NCBI GenBank assembly: GCA_964354795.1
Contig: CAYHBB010000040.1
Span: forward strand, 12,593 to 76,592
DNA: 64,000 nucleotides
Direction: 5' to 3'
From: an uncultured Planctomycetales bacterium
GTDB taxonomy: Bacteria; Omnitrophota; Gorgyraeia; Gygaellales; Profunditerraquicolaceae
Below the pieces are notes generated by a model. It was not told where the DNA came from. It was given only the letters and a program-made list of their open reading frames with translations, and made no database searches. The translations under genes were made by a program, and so were the position numbers. Within the stretch, counting starts at the first letter, position 1. Every line of letters begins with the position of its first letter. This document shows positions 1-9,235 of this stretch, one piece after another.

Positions 1-176
1 GAAATAGGGTACCAGCTTTTACCAAATAAAAAAGCCAAAGGGCTGACTATCTTAAACACAGCCAGCCCCTCCTTGAGCAAAAAAAGAAATATCAGCACCA
101 CAAAGAAGATAGAAGCCAATCCGCAGATAAGGATCAGCTTCTCAATAATGAACTCTTTAAACTTACGGGAAGTCAT
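1..176 (-). CDS. pstC: Phosphate ABC transporter permease PstC, N-terminal part (runs off left edge)
   Basis: Not in the ORF track. Manual translation from ATG at 176, which overlaps the pstS stop as ATGA, gives MTSRKFKEFIIEKLILICGLASIFFVVLIFLFLLKEGLAVFKIVSPLAFLFGKSWYPI. This is a typical PstC N-terminus (TM helix then FLFGxxWxP), directly downstream of pstS. Confidence 0.85.
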   Translation of the reverse strand, partial: MTSRKFKEFIIEKLILICGLASIFFVVLIFLFLLKEGLAVFKIVSPLAFLFGKSWYPI

Positions 177-1021
177 TTTATGGGAACAAAATCCGTTTTC
201 AAAACGATCTCCTGACCCTCTTTGGAAAGCGCGTAATCCACAAACTTTTTCACCGCATCCTTTGGTTCTCCGTTGCTATACATTAACAAAGGCCTGGATA
301 TGGGGTACTTTCCGCTGATGACATTTTCGATGATCGGTTTAACGAATTCAGATTTATCATCTTTAGCAACTAAAATAGCTTTCTGCTTAACAGAAACATA
401 CCCCATTCCGTAATAGCCGATAGCCGAAGGATTTCCCGCTACCTCATCTGCAATAGCCTGAGAAGAGGAAAGCATCAACGCCTGAGGAGCAAACTCCTCC
501 TTGCTGGCAGGATCATTCTTCCTTAAAACGTGCTCCTTAAAATAAACATGCGTACCGGAATTAACTTCGCGGGAAAGTATGACAATCTTGAGGTCCTTGC
601 CTCCGACATCCTTCCAATTAGTTATTTTTCCTGTAAAAATATCCGCCAACTGCTGTGCAGTCAAGCTACTCACTGAATTCTGAGGATTCACCACCACTGC
701 CAAGCCATCAAGGCCGACTTTAATCTCATAAGGGTTAATGCCCTTAGCCTTAGCCAAATCTATTTCTTTGGACTTGATGTTACGAGAGCTCATGGCAATA
801 TCGCATGTACCGCTGATCAAGCTGGATAACCCGGTGCCCGATCCGCCACCGGTGACTGCCACAAAAGCGCCAGGATTTTCTTCCATGTATTTCTCAGCCC
901 AAGCCTGACCGAGATTAACCATGGTGTCTGAACCCTTGATTTGTATAGAATTCTTCGGTCCTGCAGCAAATGAAGCTCCAGCGAACATCATAAGAACAAG
1001 TATTAAGAAAAGTTTTTTCAT
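173..1021 (-). CDS. pstS: Phosphate ABC transporter substrate-binding protein PstS
   Basis: Signal peptide; motifs IKGSDTM, GGGSGTG, SREVNSGT and YPISRPL; AGGAGG RBS upstream. Confidence 0.95.
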   Translation of the reverse strand: MKKLFLILVLMMFAGASFAAGPKNSIQIKGSDTMVNLGQAWAEKYMEENPGAFVAVTGGGSGTGLSSLISGTCDIAMSSRNIKSKEIDLAKAKGINPYEIKVGLDGLAVVVNPQNSVSSLTAQQLADIFTGKITNWKDVGGKDLKIVILSREVNSGTHVYFKEHVLRKNDPASKEEFAPQALMLSSSQAIADEVAGNPSAIGYYGMGYVSVKQKAILVAKDDKSEFVKPIIENVISGKYPISRPLLMYSNGEPKDAVKKFVDYALSKEGQEIVLKTDFVPIK

Positions 1022-1033
1022 AGTTCCTCCTTA

Positions 1034-1690
1034 TTAAAAAGATAGTTTAAATTTTGTGCCTAAAACGTTATTCTCTTTCCAAACGCCGGCGCTTTTCGAA
1101 CTCTGCAGCATATAATAAATGTCGCCGCTTAAGTTCTTGAATATCTTCATAGTCAACCCACCTGAGAGCCTGTTCTGATTGAACCCGCTCCATCCGGCAA
1201 ATCTCACAAAGATCTCTTCCGCCATATACGGCTGAATCTCAAGTTTCGTGAATTTCCAGGGTAGCTTCATGGTTAACTTGTTGCGGTATGACCAGGAATC
1301 ATGCTGATACACATAATGCTTATATTCCAGGCGGCTACGGGAATCCATTGCGCACCCCGCGAAATTCCAGTAAACGGTCCCGGTTACAAATGGCTGATTC
1401 TCCCCTTTCCATTTGCCGCTTTTTAGCTCCAGCACCTGGCGGTAACCTGCTCCCAACTGCAGCCATTTCTTAAGCTTGTAAAAATATCCTATATCGTAAT
1501 GCTGGTAAAAGAACTGGTTGGCGTTGTCCCCCCAGCGCAACTCCTGCTCCAGGCCTATCTTGGAATTATCGCTGATCTTGAGCTCTTCGGTATCGGTATT
1601 CCATACCTGAAAATCATGGTTGTCATAAGCATGCGCCCAGCCGAAAAATAGTAAACTTATAGCAGCGATTAGAAAAACTTTTTTTACCAT
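1034..1690 (-). CDS. Outer-membrane beta-barrel protein, DUF2490-like
   Basis: Signal peptide (..WAHA|Y), amphipathic beta-strands, QNRLSGG motif and C-terminal Phe (KFKLSF). Start moved from 1702 to ATG 1690 because GGAGGA lies at 1695-1700. Confidence 0.75.
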   Translation of the reverse strand: MVKKVFLIAAISLLFFGWAHAYDNHDFQVWNTDTEELKISDNSKIGLEQELRWGDNANQFFYQHYDIGYFYKLKKWLQLGAGYRQVLELKSGKWKGENQPFVTGTVYWNFAGCAMDSRSRLEYKHYVYQHDSWSYRNKLTMKLPWKFTKLEIQPYMAEEIFVRFAGWSGFNQNRLSGGLTMKIFKNLSGDIYYMLQSSKSAGVWKENNVLGTKFKLSF

Positions 1691-1736
1691 CAATTCCTCC
1701 ATTCTTAATATCTTGTAATTAATAATATACTATCTC

Positions 1737-1777
1737 TGTGATACCGACGTTAAGCCTATGTAAAATCTATGTAAAAT
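1737..1777 (-). promoter_or_regulatory. Pho box, four half-sites at 11-bp period, upstream of DUF2490-pstS-pstC
   Basis: Minus strand reads TTTACA(1775-1770)-N5-TTTACA(1764-1759)-N5-TTAACG(1753-1748)-N5-ATCACA(1742-1737), including a perfect 11-bp tandem repeat CTATGTAAAAT x2. A -10-like TATATT lies at 1729-1724. Matches the TT(A/T/C)ACA PhoP/PhoB box arrangement. Confidence 0.8.
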
Positions 1778-1974
1778 CACCTCCCTCCATAGAAAATGGA
1801 GCACCAACTTTTCCGTCCCACAAGGGACGCACTTGGCAATCACTTATGCCAAGGTGCTATAAAGCCAGGTGTTTCGCAGTAAGTGGAACTTATTTTCTAA
1901 GACTGGGTTGTATCATCAGCTAAAGTATAACGAATAGCGATTAAATCGGCTTGAAGGGGATGTAAAATCAAAGT

Positions 1975-2011
1975 AAAAGAAAACCCCGCTTCTTCTTACG
2001 AAAAAACGGGG
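1975..2011 (-). terminator. Rho-independent terminator after greA
   Basis: Minus strand CCCCGTTTTTTC-GTAA-GAAGAAGCGGGG (12-bp stem with G-U pairs, GNRA loop) followed by TTTTCTTTT. Confidence 0.85.
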
Positions 2012-2032
2012 GTAAATGGGGCTAAAAGAGGG

Positions 2033-2506
2033 TTATACTCGAGAAATACCTAAAATCCTATACTTAAGCGTTCCGGCAGGGATCTTGATATCGACTACAT
2101 CGCCGACCTTATGATTCAACAGACCGCTGCCAACGGGAGAGGCAATCGAAATCTTATTTTGAGCGTAATCCGCTTCTTCGCCAGAAACTAGCATATACTC
2201 CAGCTCTTCATCAGTATCCATATCCTTAAGCTTAACAGTAGCACCTATTAAAACTTCATCGCTTGACATCTCATGATCATCGAGTATGCGCGCACCCGCT
2301 AACTTATTCTCTAGCTCTACAATACGCTTCTCATTCATGCCTTGGGCATCCTTGGCAGCGTCATATTCGGCATTTTCCGAAATATCACCCTGCGCACGGG
2401 CTAAACCTATTGCCTTAGATAACTCCCTGCGCTTAGTAGTCTTTAAATGCTCTAGCTCTTCCATTAGCTTCTGATGGCCTTTCTTAGTCAAATATATTTC
2501 GCTCAT
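2033..2506 (-). CDS. greA: Transcription elongation factor GreA
   Basis: ARAQGDISENAEYDAAK and ISIASPVGSGLL motifs; 157 aa. Confidence 0.97.
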   Translation of the reverse strand: MSEIYLTKKGHQKLMEELEHLKTTKRRELSKAIGLARAQGDISENAEYDAAKDAQGMNEKRIVELENKLAGARILDDHEMSSDEVLIGATVKLKDMDTDEELEYMLVSGEEADYAQNKISIASPVGSGLLNHKVGDVVDIKIPAGTLKYRILGISRV

Positions 2507-2533
2507 CTTTTAAACCCCTTTTGTAGGAAACAA

Positions 2534-2562
2534 AACACTGGCTTATCCTATAAAGCCAGGTG
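2534..2562. repeat. 29-bp dispersed hairpin repeat, copy 1
   Basis: AACACTGGCTTATCCTATAAAGCCAGGTG is identical to 26894-26922; stem CTGGCTT/AAGCCAG. A right-half copy CTATAAAGCCAGGTG lies at 1857-1871. Confidence 0.8.
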
Positions 2563-4371
2563 CATTCCTTTACTAATAGTAAACCAAAATTTGGAACCCA
2601 GCCCCTCAATGCTCTCGACACCCACGCTTCCGCCGTGGAGTTCAGCGATATGCTTGACTATTGATAGCCCAAGACCAGTTCCACCCATCTCCCGAGAACG
2701 CGCCTTATCCACCCGGTAAAAACGCTCAAAGATTCGTGGGATATCTTTTGCGGGAATACCTATGCCGGTATCTTCCACAAAAACCTTAAGTACATCCTGA
2801 CTGTCATCAGCATAAATCTTAATATTACCGCCATCTTTATTAAACTTTAAGGCATTATCCAATAGATTCGTTATCACCTGTTCCACTCTATTACGATCTG
2901 CCCGCACCATCAAAAACGCAGGCAAACCGTTAGTAATCTCAATATTTTTCTTCTTAAGCTGCGAGTTAAATCCGAATACTACCTGCCCAACCAGTTCCCT
3001 AAGATTAAAATCTTCCTTTCTTAAAACGATTTCCCTTGATTCCATAGAAGATAAATCCAATAAGTCGTTGATCAGGTTATTCAACCTATCCGCATGATTC
3101 TGGATTATCTTTAAGAACTGCCGGCCATGCTCTTGGTCATCCATGGCCCCCTCTAATAGCGTCTCTACAAATCCCTTAATCGAAGTAAGCGGAGTCTTGA
3201 GCTCATGGGAAACGTTAGCCACAAAGTCACGGCGCATTGACTCCAATTTTCTTATTTCGGTTATATCGTGTATCACCACCAGACACCCAATCACACTATT
3301 CTTTTCAAAAATAGGCGTGGCGTTGAGCTGAAATATCCGCTGGACCGGCCAAACAAGATTAAGCTCTCGCGACAGAGCTTTGCCGCCTTTTAACACCTCA
3401 TTGATGATCTCAGAAATATCGTTATTTGGGATTGCTTGCAGAAATAGCTTATTCTCGGCCTCCTGCCGGGAAACGCTAAATATCTTCTCAATACTATGAT
3501 TGAGCGAGACAATGTGGCCATTTTTGTCAAGAACCACTACCCCCTCGATCATACTATTTAAAATTGCTCCCAGATGCTGGTTTTGCCTAGTGATCTGGCT
3601 AATTTTATCCTCTATATCCTGGGCCATCTTGTTTAAGGTCAAGGCGAGTTCTGCGATTTCATCATGCGAACCATTAGGTATCCTGCGACTAAAATCTCCA
3701 TGAGAGAACTTTTGAGAAACCAGAATAATCTTGTTAATCGGAGCAAGCAAGGCACGCGCTAATAAAGTACCGAAGACAAGAGCAAGAATCAGGCCAAAAA
3801 GGATACCAACAAAAATAGTTTTACGAACCGCAGAAAGGTTGTTTTGAATATTAGTCAGAGGAAGCGATAATCTTAAGACCCCTTTTATCCCGTAGCTATC
3901 TTTAATTGGCAAAGCAACATAAAACATGTCCATTTTAAGCGTCGATGAGTAACGAATACTATCCCCCACCTCGCCGCTTAACGCCTGTCTGACCTCCGGA
4001 CGGAATAAGTGGTTTTCTAATGACTGTCCATCCCGCAACGGATCTTCGGAATCATTAAGAACTACCCCCTTACTATCAATAACAGTAATACGACATTTTG
4101 CCTGTTGACGCAGTTTTTTGATGTAAGCATCCAGCGAACCGGCATTATCAGACCCCGGGAACTTAGCCTTAACCTGATCTTCGATAAGATAAGCCTGGTT
4201 AATAAGGGAAGACCTGATCTCCTGCAGAGAATTTTCTTCGAGTCGCTTATCAAGGAAAAAAGCGACCAAGCTAAAAGCCCCTATGATAACAAAAACATAG
4301 GAAAGAAAAAGCTTGTTTTTAAAACTGCACCTGCGAAAAAACATAGATTTTTTATCTTGACCTGATGGCAA
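2548..4371 (-). CDS. phoR: Phosphate regulon sensor histidine kinase PhoR (periplasmic domain, HAMP, PAS, HisKA, HATPase)
   Basis: Two TM helices; H-box FVANVSHELKTPLTSIKG; NLLDNALKF; DTGIGIP; FYRVDKARSREMGGTGLGLSIVKH. True start may be ATG 4344. Confidence 0.92.
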   Translation of the reverse strand: MPSGQDKKSMFFRRCSFKNKLFLSYVFVIIGAFSLVAFFLDKRLEENSLQEIRSSLINQAYLIEDQVKAKFPGSDNAGSLDAYIKKLRQQAKCRITVIDSKGVVLNDSEDPLRDGQSLENHLFRPEVRQALSGEVGDSIRYSSTLKMDMFYVALPIKDSYGIKGVLRLSLPLTNIQNNLSAVRKTIFVGILFGLILALVFGTLLARALLAPINKIILVSQKFSHGDFSRRIPNGSHDEIAELALTLNKMAQDIEDKISQITRQNQHLGAILNSMIEGVVVLDKNGHIVSLNHSIEKIFSVSRQEAENKLFLQAIPNNDISEIINEVLKGGKALSRELNLVWPVQRIFQLNATPIFEKNSVIGCLVVIHDITEIRKLESMRRDFVANVSHELKTPLTSIKGFVETLLEGAMDDQEHGRQFLKIIQNHADRLNNLINDLLDLSSMESREIVLRKEDFNLRELVGQVVFGFNSQLKKKNIEITNGLPAFLMVRADRNRVEQVITNLLDNALKFNKDGGNIKIYADDSQDVLKVFVEDTGIGIPAKDIPRIFERFYRVDKARSREMGGTGLGLSIVKHIAELHGGSVGVESIEGLGSKFWFTISKGMHLAL

Positions 4372-5020
4372 CGACTTTTATGAAATCAGCCGCATCCTCA
4401 ATTTTATCCGTTACCCCTTCAAGATACTCAGCAAGCTGATAGCTCAACAATAGGCTGATAGGCTCTAGTTTTGCGTGAATAATCGACTCTATAAGAAGCT
4501 GCTTCTGGTCATCCGCCTCATGCTCAAAGCGATCAATCTCCTCGCAATCTATAAGCGCCTTCTTAAGATCATTCTTGGCCAGCCCATTGATCGCCTCCTG
4601 CAGCTTAGTAATCGAATCGATGATCGTCCCAGTCGCGGTAGTCATATTCTTGAGAACATTCTCCGGAAGCTTCTGCTCGATAAACCCGAGGATTCTGGCT
4701 GCGCCGTTGGTCCAGTCGGCGATTTTATCAAGAGTTTTGACGAAATGCATAAGATCTTCCCGGTCAGGAGGATTGAGTAGACTCTCGGAAAGCTCTTTTA
4801 CCATTTTAGAGCGCAAGAGGTCAGCCTGATGTTCGCCTTCACGCACTTTTCCAATGGCAACCGCCTTAGCGCTGATATCCCCTTTTGTAAACGCGCTTAC
4901 CGCTTCAGCAAAAAATTTCACTGTCTTACATGTTTCCTCGACATGCTTCTGCGCATCCTTGATGATCGAAAGCTCCTCTGCCATCCCTAACCAACCTAGA
5001 ATATTCCTCATTTCTTTCAT
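4352..5020 (-). CDS. DUF47 / PhoU-like phosphate transport regulator
   Basis: Two helical halves with EHQAD..DRED..DKIAD and EHEADD..DKIEDAAD motifs; adjacent to pit. Confidence 0.9.
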   Translation of the reverse strand: MKEMRNILGWLGMAEELSIIKDAQKHVEETCKTVKFFAEAVSAFTKGDISAKAVAIGKVREGEHQADLLRSKMVKELSESLLNPPDREDLMHFVKTLDKIADWTNGAARILGFIEQKLPENVLKNMTTATGTIIDSITKLQEAINGLAKNDLKKALIDCEEIDRFEHEADDQKQLLIESIIHAKLEPISLLLSYQLAEYLEGVTDKIEDAADFIKVVAIRSR

Positions 5021-5022
5021 CT

Positions 5023-6009
5023 CTATCCTCCTATTTTAAAAAATACGTAAAGTCCCTTAAGTACCAGGAAACTGATTATGCCTGAGATAAACGGAGTCGC
5101 TAGCCAACAGATGATGATTTCTTTCATAATCGACAAATTTACCACTCTCACACCCTTGACTAATCCTACGCCAAAAATTGCCCCAACAATAGAATGGCTT
5201 GTGGAAACCGGTATACCAAAAATCGTATACACATGTACGTTTATAGCGCTGGCGAGTTGCGCGGAAAAAGCCATGATCGGCAGAAGGCTGGTGATTCCCG
5301 ATCCGATAGTCTCGATGACTTTGTATCCCCAAGTCATAATGCCTAATACTATCGCTAACCCCCCGATTAAAATACTGGCATTGACAGAAAGGACACCGGC
5401 GCCGGCGATAACGCCTACTGAGTTGGCGACATCATTTGCGCCCCAAGTAAAAGCAACGTAACAACCGCTGACAATGATCAAGGCCGAAAGAATAAACCTT
5501 AAGTATCTACGCGGAATAATCCGGTAGAAGATATTCTTAAAAATCCGATAAAAAATATATCCTAAGACCGCAGCCCCAATAGGGGTAAAAATCCAACAGA
5601 CAAAAATATCTCCTATCACCTTCCATTTTACCGGAGCGCCTATCGCCAATCCTCCGCCTGCGACAGCTCCAACGATAGAGTGACTAGTAGAAATAGGCAT
5701 CTTCCAATACGTGGCCAGGACTACCCAAACGCATGCCGCAAAAGAAGCTACCAGCGCAAGATAAATCGACAGATCTTTCTGCAGTGTATCCATCGGTACG
5801 ATTCCTTTACCGATGGTCTTGACGACATTCGACCCCTGAAAATAAGCACCTAAAAAACCGAATATCGCAATCAAAACAATCGCCTGGCGCAGGTTAATAA
5901 CGCGCGAGCCCACTGCAGTACCCATGGAATTCGCGGCGTCATTGGCCCCTATAGACCAGCCAACAGCAATGCCCATCAAAATAGTGATGCCAACCAAGAA
6001 AATAAACAT
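5023..6009 (-). CDS. pit: Inorganic phosphate transporter, PiT family
   Basis: Two GANDxAN signatures and two P(I/V)STSHSIVG motifs; polytopic. Confidence 0.95.
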   Translation of the reverse strand: MFIFLVGITILMGIAVGWSIGANDAANSMGTAVGSRVINLRQAIVLIAIFGFLGAYFQGSNVVKTIGKGIVPMDTLQKDLSIYLALVASFAACVWVVLATYWKMPISTSHSIVGAVAGGGLAIGAPVKWKVIGDIFVCWIFTPIGAAVLGYIFYRIFKNIFYRIIPRRYLRFILSALIIVSGCYVAFTWGANDVANSVGVIAGAGVLSVNASILIGGLAIVLGIMTWGYKVIETIGSGITSLLPIMAFSAQLASAINVHVYTIFGIPVSTSHSIVGAIFGVGLVKGVRVVNLSIMKEIIICWLATPFISGIISFLVLKGLYVFFKIGG

Positions 6010-6701
6010 TATTCTTCCTCTTGAAAGCGGTAACCGTAATTCTTTACCGTCATAATATACCTGGACTCTGATTTTAGCTTCTTGCGCAGCGACCTAATAT
6101 GCACATCTACGGTGCGGGTCTGGATCTCAATAGCGTGGTCATACCCCCAGATTGTATCCAATAAATAATCGCGCGAAAGCATCCTGCCCTTGGCTTTTAT
6201 TAGAGTCCTTAAAAGTTCGAATTCTTTTGCCGTAAGCGCTACCACCCTATCCTTCACCCGGACCTCTATCTTTGAGAAATCAATGCTCAGATCACCTATC
6301 CTTAAGACTTCCGGAAGTTTATCTTTTTCCTGGGCCCGGCGTAAAACCGCCTTGACCCGGGCAAGAAGCTCTCTAACGCTAAAAGGCTTGGTCACGTAAT
6401 CATCCGCTCCTAGCTCTAACCCAACCACCTTGTCTGACTCCTGACTCTTAGCAGTGACCATGATCACAGGAATACTTGCAGTCTTGGATTCCTTCTTAAG
6501 CTGCTTACAGACTTCCAGACCGTCAATCCCGGGAAGCATAAGGTCCAGTAAAATAAGATCCGGTCGCTCGGAATGCGCCATTTCAATAGCATCTTCTCCG
6601 TCGCGCGCGCAAACAGTTCGGTATCCTTCTTTCTTAAGGTTATACTCTACCATCTTCAAAATATCCTTATCATCTTCAACAATAAGAATCTTTTCTTTCA
6701 T
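6009..6701 (-). CDS. phoB: OmpR-family response regulator PhoB/PhoP
   Basis: Receiver (IVEDD, LLDLMLPG, GADDYVTKPF) plus winged helix (RTVDVHIRSLRKKL); lies in the pit/phoR operon. Confidence 0.88.
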   Translation of the reverse strand: MKEKILIVEDDKDILKMVEYNLKKEGYRTVCARDGEDAIEMAHSERPDLILLDLMLPGIDGLEVCKQLKKESKTASIPVIMVTAKSQESDKVVGLELGADDYVTKPFSVRELLARVKAVLRRAQEKDKLPEVLRIGDLSIDFSKIEVRVKDRVVALTAKEFELLRTLIKAKGRMLSRDYLLDTIWGYDHAIEIQTRTVDVHIRSLRKKLKSESRYIMTVKNYGYRFQEEE

Positions 6702-7372
6702 TTATTTTTACCTTTGCAAACATTCACGCATACTCCGCAAATATACTGGTCAACTAGCTTTTGCCTCTGAAAATCTTTGAGCTTCTCAAGACACTTTGCG
6801 CGATCAAAATCCCTGCTTTCTTCTTTTATCGCCTGAGCCGGACAGGCTGAAACGCAAAGCCTGCAGGTATCGCAACCGTCTTTTGCCGGTTTATCCAACT
6901 TTAACGGCATATCCGTAAGAATAGTGGCCAAGCGGAACTGGCTGCCCAACCTCTTGCTCACCAAAAGATTATTCCTGCCTATCCAGCCCAGACCGGCTAA
7001 AACCCCCAAATGCCGGTGGGATAGATGCGCGGTCTGATTTTCCCAATCCACAATAATGGATGCCGGGATTTGTAGTGCCCTGAAACCTTTACTCTGAATA
7101 TAATTACTTACCTTGAGCGCGGACTGATCCAAAAAAGCATTCACTGTACGATAATGATGAAAATAAAGCCTAGTAGGAGCGCTAGTGATTTCTTCCAGGA
7201 TACTTGAGGAAAGTCTGACACCCAGGCATACTGCCTTATCCAGCTTTTTTAAAACATCTTTAGAAACCTTGATGTGCTCTTTTATGCCGGATATATCCCC
7301 TACCCCGAAAAGCTCTATGCCTAAATTCTGGCAGTATTTTTTAAGCGAATTATACGCGGTTACTTTACTCAT
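6698..7372 (-). CDS. Epoxyqueuosine reductase (QueG)-like / reductive-dehalogenase-like 4Fe-4S protein
   Basis: SHRHLGVLAGLGWIGRNNLL, CDTCRLCVSACP and CGVCVNVC motifs. Confidence 0.75.
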   Translation of the reverse strand: MSKVTAYNSLKKYCQNLGIELFGVGDISGIKEHIKVSKDVLKKLDKAVCLGVRLSSSILEEITSAPTRLYFHHYRTVNAFLDQSALKVSNYIQSKGFRALQIPASIIVDWENQTAHLSHRHLGVLAGLGWIGRNNLLVSKRLGSQFRLATILTDMPLKLDKPAKDGCDTCRLCVSACPAQAIKEESRDFDRAKCLEKLKDFQRQKLVDQYICGVCVNVCKGKNK

Positions 7373-9228
7373 TTTTCTAACTTTCTTAAATATACCATCA
7401 ACAACGAGATTGCCGCGGGAGTGACTCCTGAAATGCGCGAGGCCTGCCCTAAATTGATCGGCTTAAACTTCCCCAGTTTTTCCTTTATTTCCCGGGAAAG
7501 GCTTGATAGATTTTTATAATCCAGGTCCTCGGGCAGCCGGATCTTCTCCAGATTCTTTAACCTCTCCACATCCTTAAGCTGCCTCTGAATGAACCCTGAA
7601 TATTTTACCTCTATTTCAATATGACGCAAGGCTAAATCTGAGATTTCTAAACATCCTCGATCCACCTCTTTCAAATCAGGCGCGCTCACCTGCGGCCTCT
7701 TCAAAAGCTCTTCCAGCGTAGTGTCTTTAATAAGTGCCGCGGTATTAAGTTTTCCCAGCCGATTGTTGACTTGCATGCCCGGTTTTATCCGTGTGCTCTT
7801 TAAATAGCGCATTCCGACCTCTATTGATCTAGATTTCTCCTCTACCTGCCGGTATTTCTCTTCACTCAACAAACCAACGTCAAATCCGATTTTGCTCAGA
7901 CGCAAGTCCGCGTTATCTTCGCGAATGATCAGCCGGTACTCGACCCGAGAAGTAAACATACGGTACGGCTCATTGGTGCCCTTGGTAGTCAGATCATCGA
8001 TCAGCACGCCGATATAACTGCTGGAACGGTCTAGGACCAGCGGCTCTTTGCCTCTTACCCGTAAAACTGCATTGATCCCGGCGACTAATCCTTGCGCAGC
8101 CGCCTCTTCATAACCAGTTGTGCCGTTGATCTGCCCGGCTAAATACAGACCCTTAATCAGCTTAGTCTCCAGGGTTGGATTTAGCTGTGTGGGCTCAACC
8201 ACCGCATGCTCAATCCCGTAACCAAAACGGATAACCTTGGCATTCTCTAGCCCTTCGATAGAATGGATCAAATCCAGCTGCACATCTTCAGGTAGGCTTG
8301 TAGAGATGCCATTAGGATATATCTCGTCAGAATCCCTTCCCTGCGGTTCAAGGAATATCTGATGCCTATCTTTATCAGCGAATTTTACGACTTTATCCTC
8401 AATAGACGGGCAATAGCGCACACCTGTGGCCTTGATCAGGCCGGCGTAAAGCGGAGAGCGGTCCAGATTATCACGAATAATTTCATGGGTGCGCGGATTA
8501 GTATGGGTGATGTGACAGGGAACCTGCTCCTGGGACAGACGAGAGGTAAAAAACGAGAATGGCTTTGGCGGCTTATCCCCCTCCTGGATAATAAGCTTGG
8601 AGAAATCTATTGAGCTCTTATTTAAACGAGGGCAAGTGCCGGTTTTAAAACGTAAAAGGTTAAAATTTAATTCTTTAAGATTTTGAGCCAGACTTGCAGA
8701 AGCAGGCTCATTGATCCGGCCTCCGGGATGATGATTTAGGCCGATATGGATCAGGCCGTCCAGAAAGGTTCCGGCACAGATAATCACGCACTGAGCGGTA
8801 ATCCTCTCATTATCCTGCGTCAGGACCCCGCATGCCCGGCCGCCTTCTACTATCAATTCTTTTACCTGTGCTTCTTTCACGCTCAGGCCTTCGGTTTCTC
8901 CGGCAAGCCTTACCATGTAGCGATTATACTGATACATGTCTACCTGGGCCCGCGATGACTGCACTGCCGCGCCTTTAGAAGCATTAAGAATACGAAACTG
9001 TATGCCGCAGGCATCTGCGGCTAAACCCATTTCACCGCCCAAGGCATCTATTTCCTTGACCAGCTGGCCTTTACCTACGCCTCCGATAGCCGGATTACAG
9101 CTCATGGCGCCAATCGTGCTCTTATCAAGATTCAGCATCAGGGTCTTGCAACCCAGGCGCGCACCTGCCAATGCCGCTTCCACGCCGGCATGTCCGGCAC
9201 CGACCACTATAATATCGAAATCATTCAT
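7369..9228 (-). CDS. mnmG: tRNA uridine-5-carboxymethylaminomethyl(34) synthesis enzyme MnmG (GidA)
   Basis: VGAGHAG, MSCNPAIGG, RYCPSIEDK and AGQINGTTGYEEAAAQG. Start placed at ATG 9228 (MNDFDII) because the ORF-track extension to 9252 runs into the transposase inverted repeat. Confidence 0.97.
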   Translation of the reverse strand: MNDFDIIVVGAGHAGVEAALAGARLGCKTLMLNLDKSTIGAMSCNPAIGGVGKGQLVKEIDALGGEMGLAADACGIQFRILNASKGAAVQSSRAQVDMYQYNRYMVRLAGETEGLSVKEAQVKELIVEGGRACGVLTQDNERITAQCVIICAGTFLDGLIHIGLNHHPGGRINEPASASLAQNLKELNFNLLRFKTGTCPRLNKSSIDFSKLIIQEGDKPPKPFSFFTSRLSQEQVPCHITHTNPRTHEIIRDNLDRSPLYAGLIKATGVRYCPSIEDKVVKFADKDRHQIFLEPQGRDSDEIYPNGISTSLPEDVQLDLIHSIEGLENAKVIRFGYGIEHAVVEPTQLNPTLETKLIKGLYLAGQINGTTGYEEAAAQGLVAGINAVLRVRGKEPLVLDRSSSYIGVLIDDLTTKGTNEPYRMFTSRVEYRLIIREDNADLRLSKIGFDVGLLSEEKYRQVEEKSRSIEVGMRYLKSTRIKPGMQVNNRLGKLNTAALIKDTTLEELLKRPQVSAPDLKEVDRGCLEISDLALRHIEIEVKYSGFIQRQLKDVERLKNLEKIRLPEDLDYKNLSSLSREIKEKLGKFKPINLGQASRISGVTPAAISLLMVYLRKLEK

Positions 9229-9235
9229 AATATAC

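Noticed and set aside
73-318. 81-aa plus-strand ORF
   Set aside because: It is antisense to pstS/pstC; the real gene here is minus-strand pstC.
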